In this document: positions 1-10,778 of the stretch, piece by piece | How positions within the stretch are numbered: the first letter of the stretch is position 1 | Layout of the letters: each line of letters opens with the position of its first letter | Origin: Klebsormidium nitens | Taxonomy: Eukaryota; Plantae; Klebsormidiophyceae | Reading direction: 5' to 3' | NCBI GenBank assembly: GCA_000708835.1 | Contig: DF236974.1 | Location: 1 to 48,393, forward strand | Length of the DNA: 48,393 nt | Notes under the pieces: model-generated | Seen by the model: the letters and a program-made list of their open reading frames with translations, nothing else | Told to the model about the DNA's origin: nothing | Databases searched by the model: none | Translations under genes and position numbers: made by a program

Positions 1-5
1 GGGCC

Positions 6-25
6 GTAGCCATCAGGAGAGTTTG
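6..25 (+). repeat. Left terminal inverted repeat GTAGCCATCAGGAGAGTTTG
   Basis: Reverse complement of 19794-19813 is GTGGCCATCAGGAGAGTTTG, one mismatch. Confidence 0.9.
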
Positions 26-232
26 AAGTGTACTGTTTTGAAGAGTTTGGACCGGTCGAAACTCCGCTAAAGTTTACCGACCGTCCGCGTACTTTCGGGG
101 AGTTGCCACCGACGTCAGCAGCATGACGTCACTTTAAATAAAGCGAGAATATCAGCGATTTCTAGTAAAATAATAAAATAATAATAATAATAATAATAAC
201 AATAATAAAATAATCAATAATTAAAAAAAAAT
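26..232. repeat. Left subterminal region: AGTTT/AAACTC motifs, TGACGTCA palindrome, AAT-rich tract
   Basis: Repeated GAGTTTG/AAACTC/ACTTTCGGGGAGTT motifs at 26-105, TGACGTCA near 124, and an (AAT)n tract at ~164-232. Confidence 0.65.
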
Positions 233-1157
233 GCAAAGTGCTAGGGAGAGTCACTACTACGTACTTACCGCCCCACCGCCGCGTTTCAAGGAGCCTGTTT
301 GTATTTTAGAACTTGCGTGTGGCCTTCCGACACTCTTCCCATGCACAAATAGTGACGGCTACCTCTCATTATGTTTCAAATGATACCACATGTTCCTTGG
401 TTGACCGATAGGCTGATGTGTTGGCTTATCTGGAGTGCATCATACTTTAGTATGCTCGCTATAGCAATGAAGCATCTTATTGTGGCCTCTCCCCCTCTAT
501 CATGATTACATTCTACTTCCTATTCACACGGAACGAAAGAGGACGAATCATTCCAATCGCCTTTCGCCTAATGCCCTTCTCATCCACTTTTTAGAGCGCG
601 CACTCTCTCCCTGCATTATGATTGTGCTCGCGTGATCCTTCATGTTTCTCAAAAAACTCCTTCAAAGACAGAGGTCAATATCTATCTATCTATTTGTCTT
701 TCATTACCTTCGTTCCAATTAAGGGGCGCCATTGTAGGCCGCTTCGAGACAGGAGCGATACAAAATGAATTGTGCGCCCGTTTTAGCGTCAAACCTTTCT
801 TTCATCGAACCGCTTATACTCAATTGTCCATTCTCGAACAAACGTTGATCACTGCACGTCGCAACTACGTCACGTTGGTTGTCATGTTGCGCAACCCTTC
901 TTCGAAGACCTCTATGCATCCTCTCCCAAGTTATGGGTCACCCACTCTCTCCTTCGTTCCGCCTTGCGCTTCGAACAACTCTTTAATAATTCGAATTTAT
1001 TTAATTGTTCGATTACGAACAACGTTTGACGACCCGCCGCAGTCACGTCACTCGGGCCGCCTTGTCGCACGACCCCTCTTTAGAGACCTCTACGCATCCT
1101 CTCCCAACTAACGGGTCACCCACTCTCTCCTTCGTACCGCACCGCGCTTCGAACAAC

Positions 1158-1929
1158 NNNNNNNNNNNNNNNNNNNNNNNNNNNNNNNNNNNNNNNNNNN
1201 NNNNNNNNNNNNNNNNNNNNNNNNNNNNNNNNNNNNNNNNNNNNNNNNNNNNNNNNNNNNNNNNNNNNNNNNNNNNNNNNNNNNNNNNNNNNNNNNNNNN
1301 NNNNNNNNNNNNNNNNNNNNNNNNNNNNNNNNNNNNNNNNNNNNNNNNNNNNNNNNNNNNNNNNNNNNNNNNNNNNNNNNNNNNNNNNNNNNNNNNNNNN
1401 NNNNNNNNNNNNNNNNNNNNNNNNNNNNNNNNNNNNNNNNNNNNNNNNNNNNNNNNNNNNNNNNNNNNNNNNNNNNNNNNNNNNNNNNNNNNNNNNNNNN
1501 NNNNNNNNNNNNNNNNNNNNNNNNNNNNNNNNNNNNNNNNNNNNNNNNNNNNNNNNNNNNNNNNNNNNNNNNNNNNNNNNNNNNNNNNNNNNNNNNNNNN
1601 NNNNNNNNNNNNNNNNNNNNNNNNNNNNNNNNNNNNNNNNNNNNNNNNNNNNNNNNNNNNNNNNNNNNNNNNNNNNNNNNNNNNNNNNNNNNNNNNNNNN
1701 NNNNNNNNNNNNNNNNNNNNNNNNNNNNNNNNNNNNNNNNNNNNNNNNNNNNNNNNNNNNNNNNNNNNNNNNNNNNNNNNNNNNNNNNNNNNNNNNNNNN
1801 NNNNNNNNNNNNNNNNNNNNNNNNNNNNNNNNNNNNNNNNNNNNNNNNNNNNNNNNNNNNNNNNNNNNNNNNNNNNNNNNNNNNNNNNNNNNNNNNNNNN
1901 NNNNNNNNNNNNNNNNNNNNNNNNNNNNN
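1158..1929. other. Assembly gap (N run)
   Basis: Ns within the satellite array. Confidence 1.
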
Positions 1930-2478
1930 AACAAAGTTTGACGGCATGCCGCAGTCACGTCACTCGGGCCGCCTGTCGCACGACCCCTCTTTCGAGACCT
2001 CTACGCATCCTCTCCCAACTTACGGGTCACCTACTCCCTCCTTCGTACCGCACCGCGCTTCAAACAACTTGGATAAAAAATCGAGTTTATTTAATGTTTG
2101 GGTTTGAGCAAAGTTTGACGGCACGTCGCAACCACGTCACTCGGCCCGCAATGTCGCACGACCCTTCTCTAGAAACCTTTACGCATCATCTCCCAACTTA
2201 CCGGTCACCCAGTGGGCACCCAGTCTCTCCTTCGTACCGCACCGCGCTTCGAACAACCTTTCCTATTAACCGGTTATCTTTCATTGTCCATTCTAGATCA
2301 AAGTTTGACGGCACGCCGCAACCACGTCATTCGGCCCGTCATGTCGCGCAACCCCTCTTTCGAGACCCCTACGTGTCCTCTCCGCCACTGTTCGGTCACC
2401 CACTCTCTCTTTCTTATTGCACTGCGTTCGAACAACTTGGATAATTAATTGGTTATATTTAATTGTCTCATTTGGAAC

Positions 2479-2895
2479 NNNNNNNNNNNNNNNNNNNNNN
2501 NNNNNNNNNNNNNNNNNNNNNNNNNNNNNNNNNNNNNNNNNNNNNNNNNNNNNNNNNNNNNNNNNNNNNNNNNNNNNNNNNNNNNNNNNNNNNNNNNNNN
2601 NNNNNNNNNNNNNNNNNNNNNNNNNNNNNNNNNNNNNNNNNNNNNNNNNNNNNNNNNNNNNNNNNNNNNNNNNNNNNNNNNNNNNNNNNNNNNNNNNNNN
2701 NNNNNNNNNNNNNNNNNNNNNNNNNNNNNNNNNNNNNNNNNNNNNNNNNNNNNNNNNNNNNNNNNNNNNNNNNNNNNNNNNNNNNNNNNNNNNNNNNNNN
2801 NNNNNNNNNNNNNNNNNNNNNNNNNNNNNNNNNNNNNNNNNNNNNNNNNNNNNNNNNNNNNNNNNNNNNNNNNNNNNNNNNNNNNNNNNNNNNNN
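2479..2895. other. Assembly gap (N run)
   Basis: Ns within the satellite array. Confidence 1.
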
Positions 2896-3981
2896 CATTC
2901 TCTCTGAGTGATGGGATCACCCACATCCTCCATGTATACCGCACCGCGCTTCGAACAAACTTTCCAAAAACCGCTCTTATATTATCTCCCTTCTCAAACG
3001 TAGTTTCACGGCACACGACAGCCTCGTCACTCAAGCACTCGTCTTGTGCGGACCGCTCTACGAGACCTCTACGCCTCTTTCAACTTATATGTCGCTCGTT
3101 CAATCCTTCATATAATGGCCCGTCGTTTGAACAAACATATAAACGATCCGCACTTATTTTATTTTCCATTTTGGATCGAAGTTTCTCGGCATGCAACAAC
3201 CACGTCCCTTAGGCCCTATTCTCGTGCGGACGGGCCTTTTACCGTTCCAAACCTCTATGCATCCTCGTCCAACACATGGTCATCAGAAACCTTGATGGAA
3301 AACTGCACTGATCGCTCGAAACGGTATTTTATTTCATCGCCCGCTTCAGAACAAACTTTGACGACACGCCCCAACTTTGTCATTGAAGCTGCCATGTCGC
3401 ACCACCCCTCTTGCGAAAGACTTCTCTTCACCTATCAACGTATGAAACACTCGTTCTCTTTTACTTTTCGTTCGTTGCTTCATTTTGATGAGCAATATAG
3501 TGACGTCGACATGTATCATGCGTGTTAAAATTACTAATATTGCCAACACCGAAAGACACGCCATCAATTGCTTTCTTGTTTCCCTTAGTAACAAACTGTC
3601 CATTCCAAGCATGTTCATCATTGACGCCCAACAAGATAAACGTATTGCATATCATTCCTTTACTACCATCTATACGAAGTTGTTACTACGACCAGCGTAG
3701 AACATATACGGCAAGATCATTGTGTATTCCTCTGAAACAAAAAAAAATGTCTCCCGATCAATGCACACTAACTAGGCATGGAAAATGCGGCATTGTACGC
3801 TTTGTTAAAGTCGCATGACATATTCATATTTACATGGTGCTCTGTTCAACGTGACCCTTGTCGCCGCTATTCCCTAGCTTCAACCTACGATACCTGCTAA
3901 ACTGCGCTCGGTTCTGCTGGGCGTGAACTCATAGCCACGTTGGCCTTAGTCGCTACATCGGCAACGCAGTCTTTCGGTGCA

Positions 3982-4834
3982 CTAACCCGCCAGCGCCGAA
4001 TGTGTCGCCGGCTTTGACGTGATCCGCATCCACTCCGCCTTGTTGAATGCAACGGCCAACAACAGAGGGTCGTGCCTGCCGAATCCCAAGACCTTGATCA
4101 TAATGGCGTAGATGTGCTTGCACCACGCAAACGCCTTCCGATTGTCCGCCATCATTCTCTTGTACCCCGCGCAATCGCATTCGCACACCCTCTTCAAAAC
4201 CACTTCGTAGAGCTTGTCCGTATCTGCCCCCGCCAACCCCGTTGTCTTGATCATGAACTTCCGCGTTGGGTCTCCCGCAGCGTCCACTCCCATGGCCTCC
4301 GCCACAACGATTCCCTTGTACACGCAACCCCTCACCAGGTTGTCCTTCATTTCCTTCGTAGCCTTCGTCCTGTTCCGCACCGGCCTTCCCTTCACCAACC
4401 CGTCCCCCCTATTCAGCATTTGACGCTTCGCCTCCTTATCTGCCTGTTGCTTCGATCGCACTCCCGCCCCAGAGCCTCGCCGATCCTCTACATTCCCCTC
4501 TGCAGGCCCAATTCCGGCGTTCCGAAAAGTCTTCGGCCCGAGCTTCAAGCTCTTACATGGCAACGCCGCACCTGGATCCTTCAGCTTTGGAAGACTCTCG
4601 TCGTACAAAACCCGTTCCTCCCTTAGCTTCGCCCGATCCCTCGCGGTCAACTCCGTTCCCTCGAACAACGGAAACACATGCGTGTCGGGGTTCGGCAAAA
4701 CCTCCTCTGCTGCTACAGAATAATTCAACCCCCAGCACGTCCTGCTCGCGCATTTTTTCAGTCGCCCGCAGTACGCGACCCTTCTTTGCGGCGCACCATC
4801 CACCTCGAGCGTCCGTGCCACGCGAAGACCCACC
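3982..4834 (-). CDS. Transposase last exon with SWIM zinc finger
   Basis: YEVVLKRVCECDCAGY...WCKHIYAI fits CxC-xn-CxH. Acceptor TGTAG at 4835-4839. Confidence 0.85.
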
Positions 4835-7800
4835 CTACAATAGCCAAAAGAAAAGCTAATTCATAAACTAAGTGGTCTCCTCGTGCCTCTGATTGGAATA
4901 CCCAATCACGATCAAAGGAACGAAACAAACAGATCACCAAAAGCAATGACACGCTGCAACAATGATCAATTCGCAAGTGTGGGTTTCAAAATAAAATTGG
5001 TTCCATTCACTTACTTCATGAGCACCACGTTCCCCAACCGCCCGGCTCTGTTCCTCGCGACCAAGGGTGTGCAACACGATGTGTATCCGTAGCCCGAATG
5101 CTTCGAGCCACAGCAAATGGCCGCATCGTAAGTTTTTAACCGCGCTAATCCCCATTGCGTGGAGAACGCCTTGGCGCCCTGAAAATACTCGTCCGGAACT
5201 CGCTGTTGTCTGAGTCTGGCGCCCGCGGCTTCTCTCCCGTCACGAGCCCTCTCATCATCGCTTTCCACCACCTCCTCCTCCTCCTCCTCTTCCTCCTCCC
5301 CGTGCGCTTCCTCCTCGCTTCTTTCTACCTCCTCCCGTCGTCGGTTGTTTTTCAACTCCTCTTCCTCCCTCTCCAACTCCTCATGCAGCCTTGTAATCTC
5401 ATCCAGGTCCTCCTCGTCCTCGTCTACAAACTCGCTCTCCCGCCTGCTGCCACTCCTCTTCCTCCCCTTGTTCCTTTCTCGCAGCCTCTCGAACTCCTCT
5501 GCTTGTCCCGCTATGTCTTCCTCCGTCAAGTCTCCCATCGACTCCAATACATCCTTGTGAAACCCACTACCACCGACGGCTTCCTCTCCCTCTGGACTTG
5601 ACAACCGCCCCTTTTTCCTCCACCTTTCACTCCTAATGGTATCCGCCCTGTGAGTCCCCTCCTCCTCATCGCTGTCCCTTCCTTCCATCTCAGTCCGCCT
5701 CTCTGCCCCCTCCGCTTCCCGTCTCCTCTTGTTCCGCGTCTCGATCCGGTCCGTCCCGACAGGGTCCGTCTCGTACCCCCCCTCCTGCACCCTCCTTGCA
5801 AATTCTCTCTCTCCTTCTTGTACGCTACCCCCACCTCGCAGGGTTTCCCGCATCTCTTCCACACTTCTTCTCCACTCTCCATTTCGGCGGCGGTTGTCCG
5901 ACAAGGTCGGTCCTCTCGCCGGCTTCGCCAACGCTTCCTTCCTTGCCCTCGCGTCAGACATTTGGAGCAGCATGTTTGCGCCATTGACAAGAACCGCCGC
6001 CGCGATATCCAACTGCATCTTCTTCCCCCCAAGCCCCCTTAGGAACGACGCGTGAGCCGACTCCGCGATGTTAGCCCTCGACTCGAACCCCGTCTCCTCC
6101 TCTGGATCATCCAAACATTCCTCGTCCCGATACGCTACCAAGCGAAAGCCCCTGCACAAACGAAGTGTGTACATAAGAGCACAGCGGATTGTAATTTGCT
6201 ACCGAGCCTCGGCAGCTCGACGCGATTTCAAGGCTGCGCAGCATGTAACCCCCTGTGGTATAGGGAACTTATACGAGTCAACTGGGCTTCCCGTCTTTCT
6301 ACCGAGGCTCGGTAGCAATCACGTTTCCAAGGATTAGTGCATGCTACCGAGCCTCGGTAGCATGCACGTTTTTGGGCTCCATAATGCGCGTCACTAAATT
6401 AATATGGGCATTTAGGGTTTCTGGGTTTTTGGTATTTAGGGTTTTAGGGCTTCAAGGGCTTTGGGATTAAGTGATTTAGGGTTTTAGGGTTTCAGTGCCT
6501 TGGTCATCGCAGAAATTAAGAAACGAACTAGCGCAATTGGCAAGCATAATCATCATTTTCCGGCATATCTTCAAAGCTACGCAATGGGTAAGCCATCGAT
6601 GAGATATTTCTCTTATGTTGGACACAATATCGTATCGAAGTCCGAGTCGCACATACGCTTCCTCCTAACTCATGTACACTCAAATCAGCAAAAAGACCCA
6701 CCGTTGCAGCCAATACTGTAGCCACCCCTCCATCAGCAGCGCGTTCTCCCACGTGCTGCACTTGTCGTTGTAAAACGTCATCAGCTCCTCCGCCTCTAGC
6801 TCCACGTCTCGTTGCGACGCAGCCCCCAATAGGAGATTGCACCTCAGCTTGTGTTCCTCCCTCCACGCTTCCGGTACGTTCTCCCTCTCGTGGCGTCTCC
6901 GACACTCGTGGAAGTGGAACGCGCAGGACACCACCTGTCCTCTCCCTTCCGCCCGGAAATTCTTGAAAGCCTCCTCCGTTGCTCTCACTGCCCCTTCCGC
7001 CGAGTCCAGCATCAGTTTCTTCGGGTTTACGATGTGCGTCTCCACCTTCTCGCTTCCGTTCTTTCCCACGTACCCCTGCGATCCGAGCCGCTTCCATGTC
7101 GCCAAGACCTGCGCCACCGCCTCGTACGATTCCGATTGGATGAACGCCGAGAACACCTCCAACAGCTTGCGCGCGGAGTGATCGTAGACCAGCGCTGTCC
7201 ATCGGTACCACGTTTTCGCAACTTTGCTGCCGTCGCAATACACCATGTTGTTCTGCAGGTCCCCCCTCTTCGACAACCTTCTAGATGTGTCCAACCCCGA
7301 TCCAACCCCCTGCGTCGACATACAAAAGATCATCGGCACCGCCCCGTCCGTCATGCGCGTCTGTCCTGGGAGTTGCACTTCTTGGATTTGATCGAACGGC
7401 AGTGTCCGCATCATCTTGATCAGCCCTTCGTCTCCTCCCCTCAACGCGCCCCCGGCTCGTCCCGCCCTAGCTTGCTCGACCCACTCCTTCAGCCTCCTCG
7501 CGTTTTGAAGGGGGAGCAACTTCTCCACCAACCTGCAATATAACATGTGGTGTGTGTATCAACCAAGCGCGTGAGATCCTACTATAGTCTTCGCCCCTAT
7601 CTTTGTCTTTCCACTCCTCTGCTCTAATCCGACATCAACGATACATGCATTCAACACAAGTTGCACTGCGCTATGAAGATTTTACTCTCTAGTTCAATCC
7701 AAAACAATAATCTGCTTAGCGCAAATTCACTTATGTCTAAAGAAAATGCATCCACTTACTTTTCCGCGCAGTCTTTTCCGGGGTTGTCCTCCATCTCATC

Positions 7801-10405
7801 CAGGATCGCCGCCACCGCTACCGCCGTCTTCGCGCGCGACGGCGTCATCGAACGGTCCATCCTCACCATGCTCATCACCTGCAGCTGCCTCTCANNNNNN
7901 NNNNNNNNNNNNNNCATGATTCTTGACTGACTGAACGCAGGCAGAAACAAGACTCTGGAATCTTGAAGGATGTCCTGAGGGACTTGTCCAACAAGAGAAA
8001 AAAAGTTGTCTTGAGCAAAAAGACAGCAATTTTTCTGAGCTGCGCCATCGCTTGAGAACGCCTGCTCTCATGGTTTCCGCACATGTTAGCTGATCGTGTG
8101 TAGTTATCCTGCCAGCTCTCTGCATATAGGTGGCCAACCATCACACCCCGGCTCGTCCCGCCCTAGCTTGCTCGACCCACTCCTTCAGCCTCCTTGCGTT
8201 TTGAAGGGGGAGCAACTTCTCCACCAACCTGCAATATAACATGTGGTGTGTGTATCAACTTAGCGCGTGAGATCCTACTATAGTGTTCGCCCTTATCTTT
8301 GTCTTGCCACTCCTCCAGTCTAATCCGACATCAACAATTCATGCATTCAACACAAGTTGCACTGCGCTATGAAGATTTCATTCTCTAGTTCAATCCTAAC
8401 AAGAATCTGCTTAGCGCGAATTCACTCATGTCTAAGGAAAATGCATGTGACTTACTTTTCCGCGCAGTCTTTTCCGGGGTTGTCCTCCATCTCATCGAGG
8501 ATCGCTGCCACCGCTACCGCCGTCTTCGCGCGCGACGGCGTCATCGATCGGTCCATCCTCACCATGCTCATCACCTGCAGCTGCCTCTCATCCGCATCGC
8601 TCTTGCTCTCCAGCATCCCCAAATCGTGGTTGTGCTTCCCCATGTAGCAAAACGCTACTTCCTTCTTGTTTCTCACCGTCCACTTTACGGCCTGACACGT
8701 GTCCGACGAATGCTTCGCCTCGTGGTCGCAGTGAAAGCAGATCCATTTTCGCAGCGTCCCCCGCATCTCAAACCCCGTCGAGTTCTCTTTTCCGAATTGC
8801 TTCTTGTACCCGCAATCCCCGTTTACACACGTCATCCCCCCAACGCACTTCCAACTCCTAACAGGCTCCCCGTTTACCGTCTTCATCTTTGTCGTTTGGC
8901 CCCCAATCCAATACCTGCCGTCCCTCAACTTTCTTCCCAAACACACCTCCGCATCCCTGACCAACACCCTCTCCCCATCGATCGCCCCTTCCAGACTTTT
9001 CACTCTCTCCGGTTTCGTTCTCTGTAAAAGTAACTTGAGCGCGTTCGTCACTTGGATCTTCCCGCTCAACAACACTGCATCCGTCACTATCTCCAGTTCT
9101 ACCCTCTCGTTTTGTCCCGCCTCCTCCTTTGCCGCACTCTCTCCACCCTCCGCCCCTGTCACGCTCTGTCCTGCCTTCGCCCCGGTATCTCTCTGGCCCC
9201 CGTCTCCCTCCCACGCTTCTCTCATCTCTCTTACCAAATGCTCGTCTACTCTTCCTTCCCTTCTCATCTCATGTTCATCCCTCGTAAAAATGCCTTTCGC
9301 CCACCGATCAATTCTCTCATTATGCTGGTTCTCTCCTCTGTTCTCTGCTCTCTCAGCTCTCTCTTCTCCCTCTCCAGGTCCGCTACCCTTTCCCTTTACC
9401 CCTACCTCGCTCTGCACCTCCTCGTCTTCTTGTTCGTCCCTCAATCCCTGCTTTTGGGACTTTCTCGCCGCACCCAGGCCCGGTGCCTTCCTACTACCCA
9501 CCACGTAGCAGCTTCTTTCGCCGAATACTCCCGTCGCCGTCGGCCTCGCCCTACACACGCCTGGCTTGCCTACGAGCGAGACACTCGGTCTAACAACCGA
9601 CCCGAAAGAAGACGCCGCTGAATGGAAGCCGGTGGGGGCCGTACGAGCTTACCCGTGCATCGCATTCCTCGCAACGCCTCCTGCTACACCCCTCGCTCCC
9701 CCTCTACCTAACCCCAGACCCCCACGCTGTTGCTTCGGCTGCGCCTCCATCACGTACTTTCCCGCTCCCAACCACCATACGTACTCCATCAGGATCCAAC
9801 GACGGCGACAACCTCACAGGGTCGTCACTTGCGCCCGGCTTCAAGATCAAAGTTCCAACCCAACCTTTGGGAAGGAAATGCGTAGTCACCTCTGCCTTGG
9901 AGACGATGCTGTAGCCTTCGGAGTTCACCATAGACATCAACGGCTCCTTGGTAATCGCGGCAGGGTCGGGGAAAGCCACCATAACCGCATTGGGGACCAG
10001 AACTTCATCAGGCGCCCCTAGCTCTTCGCTCACCTCCTGCTCCACTTCCTTTTCTCTCTTCTCTTTGTCCTCCCCTCCGTTGTCCTCCCCTCTCATCGAA
10101 ACCCCATCTCCCGTGTTACCCTTTGCCGCACTGTTGGAAGTAGTTCCTCCTTCAGCTCCATTGCCAGTCCCTGGAGCCGGCTCTTTGGAATCGGCGGGCG
10201 GCGCCTCCGTCTCCACGCCCTTCACATCCTTCTGATTAGTGTCTTCGAGCGTACCCAGAACACCCGTCGGTGCCGAATGCGCTCCATGATCTTTGGTCGC
10301 GCTCGATGCCCCGACAACCGCAGCTACCGCAGCCACGGGAGCCGAAGTCGCAGGCCGATTCCTGCTTGCAGGTGGCCGGACTCCCAAAGGGGCCAAGGAT
10401 GCCAT
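3982..10405 (-). CDS. MULE/Mutator-family transposase, multi-exon; the 5' part has an unresolved frameshift
   Basis: Exons join in frame at GT-AG sites: ...8456 (or the 7760 copy)/7532-6702/6151-5015/4834-3982. Motifs: VYCDG (D1), LMLDSAEGA (D2), SCAFH (CxxH), RANIAESAH (E), C-terminal SWIM, and an N-terminal Cys/His finger. The start at 10405 is tentative. Confidence 0.85.
5015..6151 (-). CDS. Transposase exon with third catalytic Glu and a long acidic/charged region
   Basis: RANIAESAHASF resembles the MULE TN..ES.H motif. It splices in frame from the preceding exon (LQ-R-GFRLVAYR). Confidence 0.8.
6198..6367. repeat. Palindrome cluster (3 copies of CTACCGAG-N-CTCGGTAG) in a transposase intron
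   Basis: Copies at 6198, 6299 and 6343. The last extends to a perfect 15-bp-arm inverted repeat at 6337-6367. Confidence 0.95.
6411..6493 (+). repeat. Degenerate telomere-like (T)TTTAGGG tract in a transposase intron
   Basis: Five exact TTTAGGG (6411, 6435, 6443, 6475, 6483) with degenerate units between them. Confidence 0.85.
6702..7532 (-). CDS. Transposase core exon (MULE DDE domain)
   Basis: YCDG...LLEVFSAFIQSESYEAVAQVL...PKKLMLDSAEGAVRATEEAF...SCAFHF. Confidence 0.9.
7450..8590. repeat. ~445-bp direct duplication (7450-7894 / 8146-8590) of a transposase exon-intron-exon junction
   Basis: The two copies are near-identical with scattered substitutions. They are separated by a 20-N gap and ~230 bp of unrelated sequence (7915-8145). 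Confidence 0.9.
7895..7914. other. Assembly gap (20 N)
   Basis: Ns between two copies of a ~445-bp duplicated segment. Confidence 1.
8456..9589 (-). CDS. Transposase exon with WRKY/GCM1-like Cys/His zinc-finger region
   Basis: WKCVGGMTCVNGDC...WICFHCDHE...CQAVKW...YMGKHNHD. Donor GTAAGT at 8455. Confidence 0.65.
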
Positions 10406-10778
10406 CTGCAGTATTAAAAAGAATTCCCTTTACGCCCCGGGTGGAACGCTTCATGGAAACGTCCTACTATTCAAACAACATAGCAACGGAGCACTCAGAT
10501 GGATGAAAGACAGCGTCCTACCTTTCGACGATAGTTTCAGAGCTAAACTTCTCTGCAAAAATAATCTTAGACCCCACATGTTCCCCCGTGCAAGTGTCAA
10601 GATTACTACTGAGTCTAGTTCTATGTGTGCACGGAAACAACAAGAACAGATTCAAAACTGCTGGCACAATCAATGATGAACTAAGTGTACGATTGAAAAA
10701 TATTCTCAATATGCTATGCTCCCAAGCGCCGGTATGGATAAGCAAGGAGATACTTGGATCAGAATTCCCTATAGCTAA

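Larger units (their letters stand above)
780..3480. repeat. ~180-bp tandem (satellite-like) repeat in the left arm of the element, interrupted by two assembly gaps
   Basis: Units carry AAAGTTTGAC...CACGTCACTCGG...GGGTCACCCACTCTCTCCTTCGTACCGCACCGCGCTTCGAACAAC. They start near 840, 1020, 1932, 2110, 2300, 3000, 3178 and 3354, a period of ~176-190 bp. Confidence 0.9.

Noticed and set aside
632-3528. ORFs in the satellite region, including those spanning N runs
   Set aside because: They are translations of tandem repeats and gaps, with no protein motifs.
5155-6055. Long plus-strand ORFs antisense to transposase exons (also 6837-7543 and 8428-9621)
   Set aside because: Shadow ORFs caused by codon bias of the minus-strand gene.
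9590-9652. In-frame TAA as proof that the transposase is dead
   Set aside because: It lies within a possible 63-nt GT-AG intron whose removal keeps the frame. This cannot be resolved without transcripts.
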